Positions 57,968 to 64,000 of a stretch of 64,000 nt of DNA are shown piece after piece. Position numbers and translations under genes: made by a program. Source of the DNA: Nitrosopumilaceae archaeon (GTDB lineage Archaea; Thermoproteota; Nitrososphaeria; Nitrososphaerales; Nitrosopumilaceae); assembly GCA_052389415.1 (NCBI GenBank), contig JBQTHX010000034.1:13904-77903 (forward strand), read 5' to 3'. The notes beneath the pieces are model-generated. The model saw only the letters and a program-made list of their open reading frames with translations, was not told where the DNA came from and did no database searches. The stretch's first letter is position 1. Each line of letters begins with the position of its first letter.

Positions 57968-58864
57968 TTGGACAAACTAGACATGCAAATTCTCACTCAT
58001 TTGTTGAATAATTGCAGAACGCCCGACAGAAAAATTGGACAGCAAGTGGGAATTTCAGGTGGTGCAGTGAAAACAAGAATTGCAAAAATGATTAACCAAA
58101 AAGTAATAGAGAAATTTGCATTAAAAATTGAACCGCCAATTTTGGGATTTAACGTAATTTATTTTGTCGTAGCTGGACAAGATTTAGAGTATATTCTAAA
58201 ACAGGTGAAACTCTTAGGTGAACCTTTCTTTGTTGTTCCTTGTGTTGGCGGAATAACTGTTTGCAGCATCGTAGTAAAAGATGATCCAGAGAAAAAAATA
58301 GAGCTAGCAAAAAACCTTATGAAAGATGTAAGGGTTCTCTCTATTTTTGAAGCAGAGAGTTTTGGTTTTAAATCAGAACTTACTAAAACTGATCTTGAGA
58401 TAATTAGCGTTCTTTTGGATTGTCCTCGTGCGCGAATTGACCAAATTGCAAAATCCACTAGGCTGTCAACAAAGACAATAACAAGATGTCTTGAAAAACT
58501 AGAAAACAATAATGCAATGCAATTTACTCTAGTATATGATCCTAGGAAATTTACTGGATACATTCCTTTTGCTATTCTTGTTTGGGTAGAAAAAGATGTG
58601 AAAAAAACTCTTGTAAAACTAGAAAAAGAATTTGGTGAATCGTTTTTGCAGAAACCGTTTATAGCAATGAATCAGATTGTTTTGTTTTTGTACAGTGATG
58701 ATATATTCAAACTTGATGAGGTAACACAAAATGTGCGAAAAGTAGACGGAGTTGCCTTGGCAGATCTTTTCATTCCAAAAAAGATTGCGTTTCCTGAAGA
58801 GTGGATTAAAGATAGCATCAAGTCTGCAATGAAGACACGACGCCTTCATCTAGCCTATCAATAG
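57968..58864 (+). CDS. Tandem Lrp/AsnC family transcriptional regulator
   Basis: Two HTH units: MDKLDMQIL..NCR and LTKTDLEII..PRARIDQIAK. Confidence 0.85.
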   Translation: MDKLDMQILTHLLNNCRTPDRKIGQQVGISGGAVKTRIAKMINQKVIEKFALKIEPPILGFNVIYFVVAGQDLEYILKQVKLLGEPFFVVPCVGGITVCSIVVKDDPEKKIELAKNLMKDVRVLSIFEAESFGFKSELTKTDLEIISVLLDCPRARIDQIAKSTRLSTKTITRCLEKLENNNAMQFTLVYDPRKFTGYIPFAILVWVEKDVKKTLVKLEKEFGESFLQKPFIAMNQIVLFLYSDDIFKLDEVTQNVRKVDGVALADLFIPKKIAFPEEWIKDSIKSAMKTRRLHLAYQ

Positions 58865-58897
58865 AATATATAGCAAATTTTCTGAACATAATGTGAT

Positions 58898-59416
58898 ATG
58901 AGGAAAAGGAAGATTTTCGAGGGAAGGATCCTTTCTTTGACTCTTTATGACGGAATCATAGAAAAACGAAAAGTGCGAAGGGAAATTATCGAGCACAGAG
59001 GTGCTGCAGCAATACTAGGAATTGAAAAAGGTAAGATTATTCTTGTAAAACAGCATCGTTTTCCACATGGATACGTTCTTGAAATTCCTGCAGGTACGAT
59101 GAATAAAGGTGAAAAAGATCCAAGAAAGTGTGCTTTTAGGGAATTCAAGGAAGAGACAGGTTATAAAGCAAAAAAAATGATTCCATTAATAAAATACTAT
59201 CCGTCCATTGGATATAATACTGAAATAATTCACTGCTTTATTGCAACAGGACTAAAAAAATCAAGTGATTTAGAATTGGATGATGATGAGATTCTTTCTG
59301 TTGTAAAAATTGATTTTAATAAAGTGTTAAGGATGATCCTGTCAGGAAAGATATCTGATTCAAAGACGATCTGTGCTGTTTTGACATACGCCATAAAGAA
59401 AAAGATTCCAATCTAG
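58898..59416 (+). CDS. NUDIX hydrolase (ADP-ribose pyrophosphatase-like)
   Basis: EIPAG..AFREFKEETG Nudix box. Confidence 0.9.
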   Translation: MRKRKIFEGRILSLTLYDGIIEKRKVRREIIEHRGAAAILGIEKGKIILVKQHRFPHGYVLEIPAGTMNKGEKDPRKCAFREFKEETGYKAKKMIPLIKYYPSIGYNTEIIHCFIATGLKKSSDLELDDDEILSVVKIDFNKVLRMILSGKISDSKTICAVLTYAIKKKIPI

Positions 59417-60393
59417 TTTTGATATACTGGTTTTACTAGATCTGCTACATCGGCCCAACAACGTGCTATCTTTTCAAAAGTATATACTAGATCAACAAGC
59501 TCGATGGATGTCTGTTTTTTAGGTTCCAAAGAGGTACGAATTTCGGTGCTTCTCCTTTGATAATTACGATGTAGTTTTATTGCGTCGATAGCAAGTGATC
59601 TGTTGTTTTCAATAAATGCTTCAATAGACTTTTTGTGTATTTCTTCGATATATTGCACAGTGTTAGAAATTTTCTTGAATTCATTTTTCATTCGTCCAAT
59701 CTCTGATATAGAATTTGCAAGCTCTACTATTGTATCTCCAGCGGTTTCGAGTAGGTTTGCAGCTATTCTATAGTCCAAGATATCAATATTTTCTAAATTT
59801 AATGCGTTAGCAAGCTTTGCGTCAACCATTGTGCTTCGGATTAATCTAACTAGTAAGAAATACTGTCTGTCAATTTCATCGTCTCTGTTTGCAATTGTTT
59901 GGAGCACTGTTTTGTCTTCTGACATTAATGCATTTAATGTGTCACGGAACATTCCAAGTGCAATTGAGCTCATCCGTTTTAGAATTTTTTCCGGACTAAG
60001 TGTTGTTGCATTCAAAAGAAAGTGCATGATAACATTAGAAGAATCTTCTTCTACGATTTCCATTCCCACAAGCCTTCGCATTGAAGTTCTTATTTTTTCG
60101 CGATCCTCTGTCGAAATCACAGATTTACCTTTTATCTTGATGATATCATATCCAAGAAGGTATGCGCCAGTAATGTTGGCAATGATGTTTTCTTCCTTTG
60201 AAACTGGATATAATATCATGACTTCCTTTGGAAGTTTGTGGTCACCAGAAAGTGTTATTGAAAGACTGTTTACACCTGTATCTAATTCAACTTCATCACT
60301 TTTTTCTAACTTATTTGCATCGATCCACTCTTTTGGAAGCGAAACCAAAATACTGCTCCCAATCTTCTGGAGCCGTCGAATAAATTTAGTCAA
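59413..60393 (-). CDS. Archaeal AbrB-PhoU phosphate uptake regulator
   Basis: RRLQKIGSSILVSLPKEW (AbrB); DDEIDRQYFL and EKIA..D (PhoU). Confidence 0.88.
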   Translation of the reverse strand: MTKFIRRLQKIGSSILVSLPKEWIDANKLEKSDEVELDTGVNSLSITLSGDHKLPKEVMILYPVSKEENIIANITGAYLLGYDIIKIKGKSVISTEDREKIRTSMRRLVGMEIVEEDSSNVIMHFLLNATTLSPEKILKRMSSIALGMFRDTLNALMSEDKTVLQTIANRDDEIDRQYFLLVRLIRSTMVDAKLANALNLENIDILDYRIAANLLETAGDTIVELANSISEIGRMKNEFKKISNTVQYIEEIHKKSIEAFIENNRSLAIDAIKLHRNYQRRSTEIRTSLEPKKQTSIELVDLVYTFEKIARCWADVADLVKPVYQN

Positions 60394-60455
60394 TTTATAT
60401 CAATATAAATTATTTAATCATTATTTTTATATTTTATGCGAATTTTAATGCGCTC

Positions 60456-61346
60456 ATGCAAGCAACTGCCTTTTGTCCTGGACACATTACAGGCTTCTTC
60501 AAGGCCGAAATGGACCAGAAAAGACCAGAACTTCAAGGCTCTCTTGGAGCGGGTTTTTGCATAAATGAAGGCGTTACAACTACTGTAAAGGTTACAAGCT
60601 CTGATAAACCTCATTTTAGGATCAAGGTAGCTGGATACCAGACTGATAATACACAGGTTTCTGAATTTGTTATTAATGAATTTTTTAAGATTGCCAAAGA
60701 AAGTTTTTTTGTTGATATAGAACACCATATTGCGATTCCAGTTGGATATGGACTTGGATCAAGTGGAGCCGTTGCACTGAGTCTTGCGCTTGCATTAAAC
60801 AAAGCAATGGATACAAACCTTTCACGAACACAAATTGGACAAATAGCACATAATGCTGAAATTTATTGTAAAACAGGTCTTGGAACTGTTCTGTCCTCAT
60901 ATTATGGAGGTTTTGAAATAAGAACAAAACAAGGAGCACCTGGTATTGGAAGTCTAAAAAAAATCTATAACGATTCTTCTGCTATTGTAATCTGTTTTTC
61001 TCCAATTTCTACTAAAGAATTCATCAAAGATCAGCTCCCAAGAATAAATGGTCTTGGAGGAAAGATGGTAGACAAGCTTCTAGAGTCAAGAAATTATCAA
61101 GACTTTCTTGACATGTCTTTGGAATTTGCAAAATATGTTAATGTGATCACGCCAAAGATGGATGTTGTCATAAAAGATCTTCAAGACAATGGTTTCAAGT
61201 GTGGTGTTGCAATGTTTGGAGAGACGGTATTTACACTAGTTCCAAAACAAAAAGAAGAACAGATAATGAACATTTTGAAAAAGTATAATGGCATTGTCAT
61301 TCGGTCAAAGATTGACAAAAGTGGAGCCAGAGTAGGCCAGTGTTAA
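60456..61346 (+). CDS. Pantoate kinase (GHMP family)
   Basis: PGHITGFF, GSLGAG, PVGYGLGSSGA, AEI..TGLG and MFGET motifs. Confidence 0.9.
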   Translation: MQATAFCPGHITGFFKAEMDQKRPELQGSLGAGFCINEGVTTTVKVTSSDKPHFRIKVAGYQTDNTQVSEFVINEFFKIAKESFFVDIEHHIAIPVGYGLGSSGAVALSLALALNKAMDTNLSRTQIGQIAHNAEIYCKTGLGTVLSSYYGGFEIRTKQGAPGIGSLKKIYNDSSAIVICFSPISTKEFIKDQLPRINGLGGKMVDKLLESRNYQDFLDMSLEFAKYVNVITPKMDVVIKDLQDNGFKCGVAMFGETVFTLVPKQKEEQIMNILKKYNGIVIRSKIDKSGARVGQC

Positions 61347-62083
61347 TCCCAAAATCACATCCCAGGGCTGCATCCCTGCACATAAGAGAAAAGCTTGTCC
61401 AAGGATATAGATCTGGTTTAGTCGTCGAGGAAGGCCTCATGGCTCATGGAAGAGGGGAGACGTTTGATTACCTAATAGGAGAAAAGACGTCAAAAAACGC
61501 CCTAAAAGCCATAAAAGCTGCAGCAAAAACACTTGTTTTGGCAAAATATCCTGTAATTTCAGTAAATGGTAACTTTGCTGCATTATGCCCTAAAGAGATT
61601 GTAAATCTTGCAAAAACTGTAAATGCAAAGATTGAGGTAAACCTCTTTTATGTCAACGAAAAAAGAAAAAGAGCAATTGCGAACATTTTGAAGAAAAATG
61701 GCGCAAAAGAAATTTTGGGGTTAGATCCAAGATCCTCACGAAAAATTCCAAAACTTGACAGTGCAAGACGAGTTGTTGATAAAAATGGAATATTTTCTGC
61801 AGATGTGGTTCTAGTGCCAATAGAAGATGGCGACAGAACGTTAGCCTTGAAAAAATTTGGAAAAAAAGTGATAACTTTTGATCTTAATCCACTTTCACGA
61901 ACTGCTCAGACTGCTGACATAACAATTGTAGATAATGTTACTCGCGGTATGAAAATGTTGATTGATATTTCTAAAAAAACAAAGAAAGAAGATCTCAAAC
62001 TACAAAATTTCGATAACCAAAAAAATCTTACCCAGGCTATACTTACAATGAAAAAAAATCTTGGGAGAAGAACTAATGCCTAA
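61340..62083 (+). CDS. 4-phosphopantoate--beta-alanine ligase (phosphopantothenate synthetase)
   Basis: IPKSHPR, AHGRGE, SVNGN, EDGDR and DLNPLSRT motifs. Confidence 0.92.
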   Translation: MLIPKSHPRAASLHIREKLVQGYRSGLVVEEGLMAHGRGETFDYLIGEKTSKNALKAIKAAAKTLVLAKYPVISVNGNFAALCPKEIVNLAKTVNAKIEVNLFYVNEKRKRAIANILKKNGAKEILGLDPRSSRKIPKLDSARRVVDKNGIFSADVVLVPIEDGDRTLALKKFGKKVITFDLNPLSRTAQTADITIVDNVTRGMKMLIDISKKTKKEDLKLQNFDNQKNLTQAILTMKKNLGRRTNA

Positions 62084-62909
62084 CTCTGTAAAGGACATCA
62101 CATCAAAGAAAGGCTCTGCAAAGATTTCTGTAATTACTGCATACGACTACACTACTGCATTACTTTGTGATAAAGCTGGAATGGATATTCTGCTTGTGGG
62201 AGACAGTGGTGGAATGGTTATGCTGGGATATCAAAATACAATTCCAGTAACAATGGAACAGATGTGTTTTTTTACAGAAGCTGTTAGTAGAGGAAGACAA
62301 AATGCGATGTTGGTAGCTGATTTGCCATTCATGTCATATCAAGCAAGTAAATCTCAGGCAATAGAAAATTCTGGTAGACTAATAAAAGCAGGGGCAGATG
62401 CGGTCAAGCTAGAAGGCGGTCGTGAGATAGCTGAAACAGTACACGCCATAGTAGAAACAGGAATACCAGTCATGGGCCACATTGGATTACAGCCTCAAAC
62501 TACCGTATTACAAGAAGGCTATAAGGTACAGGCAAAGACAAAGGATGCTGCACTAGAACTAATCGAAGATGCAAAAGCACTCGAAGAAGCTGGAGCTTTT
62601 AGCATTGCATTAGAGATGGTTACACAAGAAATTGCAAAGATAATTACAGGTTCCATTAAAATTCCTACAATAGGAATTGGATCTGGTCCAGATTGTGATG
62701 GACAGGTACTTGTCTTTCATGATGTGGTTGGATTGTATGAAAAACTAAAACCAAAGTTTGTTAAAAGATATCTTGAACTATCACAGGAAATTGTTAAAGC
62801 TGTTGAAGCTTACAAAAGTGATATAACTTCTGGTAAATTTCCTTCAAAAGAACACTGCTTTTCTATCGACAAATCAGAGCTTGAAAGGTTGAAAAGAGAA
62901 ATTGCGTGA
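62076..62909 (+). CDS. panB: 3-methyl-2-oxobutanoate hydroxymethyltransferase
   Basis: TAYD, LVGDS, VKLEGG, GHIGLQPQ and DGQVLV motifs. Confidence 0.95.
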   Translation: MPNSVKDITSKKGSAKISVITAYDYTTALLCDKAGMDILLVGDSGGMVMLGYQNTIPVTMEQMCFFTEAVSRGRQNAMLVADLPFMSYQASKSQAIENSGRLIKAGADAVKLEGGREIAETVHAIVETGIPVMGHIGLQPQTTVLQEGYKVQAKTKDAALELIEDAKALEEAGAFSIALEMVTQEIAKIITGSIKIPTIGIGSGPDCDGQVLVFHDVVGLYEKLKPKFVKRYLELSQEIVKAVEAYKSDITSGKFPSKEHCFSIDKSELERLKREIA

Positions 62910-64000
62910 CCATCCATCACTTGATATTGTAAGCTCAGATGGTACTGAGATTACTGGGAAAAAAATTGTTTTATGTATTACTGGAAGTGTTGCAGCATAC
63001 AAATCAATTGAGCTAGCTAGACTGCTTATGCGACATGGGGCTGATGTTATTTGCGTTGCAAGTAAAGCTGCTACCAATTTAATCAAGCCAAGTTACTTTA
63101 AATGGGCAACGGGAAACGAAGTAATAACAAAACTTACTGGAGATTTAGAACATATCAAGATTGCAGACTACAAAAGATCTGATATGATTATAGTTTATCC
63201 TTGTACTGCAAATACTCTTGGAAAATTGGCAAATGGGATAGACGATACACCAATCTCTACTGTTTTGAGCGTTGGATTTGGCTCAAAGATACCAATTGTT
63301 GTGGCTTTAGCCATGCATGAGGCAATGTATGAGAACCCGGCAGTGAGAAAAAACATGGATTTTCTAAAAAACAAGGTGGATTTTATTTCTCCTCAGATGG
63401 TTGAGGAAAAGGCAAAAGCTGCCGAACCTGAGCAAGTTCTTGATTTTGTTCTCAAAAAGTTTGGATCTTCTTCTAAATTACGTGGAAAAAAAGTACTCAT
63501 AAGTGCCGGACCTACCATTGAGTACATCGATCCTGTACGAGTAATTACAAATCAAAGTACGGGAAAGACTGGAGTCTTGTTAGCATCTGAGCTTGTTTCT
63601 GCTGGAGCTAAAGTCACTATGATTTATGGTCCAGGAAAAGAATTGCCTCCTAAAGGTGTTAGACTCGTAAGAGTTGAAACAAGTCAAGAGATGTTTGAAG
63701 CTATAAAAAAAGAAATGAAACAGAAATTTGACATTGTGATCTTAGCGGCTGCAGTTTCTGATTATATGCCAGAAAAATCGAGCTCAACAAAGATCAAAAG
63801 TGATCAGAATAGAATTATAGTAAAACTAAAACGTACATCAAAAATTATTGATCAAATTAAAAAAATCCAAAAAAATGTTTTTCTTGTAGGATTCAAAGCA
63901 GAAACTAACTTGTCTAGAGAAAAAATTATTAGTGAATCTAGAAGAAAACTGAAAGAATCAGATGCTAATCTTATAGTTGCAAATGATATTGGATTAAAAA
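62902..64000 (+). CDS. coaBC: Bifunctional CoaBC (3' end outside window; not in ORF track)
   Basis: Manual translation: ITGSVAAYK, PCTANTLGK, AMHEAM, SAGPTIEYIDPVRVITNQSTGK, AAAVSDY and VGFKAET. Confidence 0.93.
   Translation, partial: MRDHPSLDIVSSDGTEITGKKIVLCITGSVAAYKSIELARLLMRHGADVICVASKAATNLIKPSYFKWATGNEVITKLTGDLEHIKIADYKRSDMIIVYPCTANTLGKLANGIDDTPISTVLSVGFGSKIPIVVALAMHEAMYENPAVRKNMDFLKNKVDFISPQMVEEKAKAAEPEQVLDFVLKKFGSSSKLRGKKVLISAGPTIEYIDPVRVITNQSTGKTGVLLASELVSAGAKVTMIYGPGKELPPKGVRLVRVETSQEMFEAIKKEMKQKFDIVILAAAVSDYMPEKSSSTKIKSDQNRIIVKLKRTSKIIDQIKKIQKNVFLVGFKAETNLSREKIISESRRKLKESDANLIVANDIGLK

Overview
AT-rich, gene-dense chromosomal segment of an archaeon. The content points to an ammonia-oxidising Thaumarchaeote (Nitrososphaerota, probably Nitrosopumilaceae-like): TFE, aTrm56, Rpp21, S19e, Nep1, split A-type ATP synthase genes, Amt, PEFG-CTERM/CFI-box surface cupredoxins, and the pantoate kinase/PPS CoA route. 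In order it holds hflX-trm56-tfe, a riboflavin operon, tRNA-Gly(TCC), class II ribonucleotide reductase, thiolase/DUF35, a ~13 kb metal/cell-surface island (21.7-34.5 kb), pyrBI, ATP synthase, amt, pyrH-HD-tmk, a Lol/MacB-like ABC system and CoA biosynthesis. No CRISPR array, transposase or integrase was seen. Best leads: (1) a winged-helix + ATP-cone + apparently dead class III RNR (NrdD) fusion directly upstream of nrdJ, with a palindrome in the nrdJ upstream region, a candidate dNTP-sensing regulator built from a pseudo-enzyme; (2) an HxxE-type amidohydrolase inside the archaeal riboflavin operon, a candidate for the unassigned deaminase; (3) a wHTH gene divergent from amt with four TATGATA boxes; (4) a NikR-family regulator with a clear operator facing a Zn-type ABC importer; (5) three small ORFs missed by the ORF track, one inside the ATP synthase operon. 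All calls come from motif recognition by eye; no searches were run.
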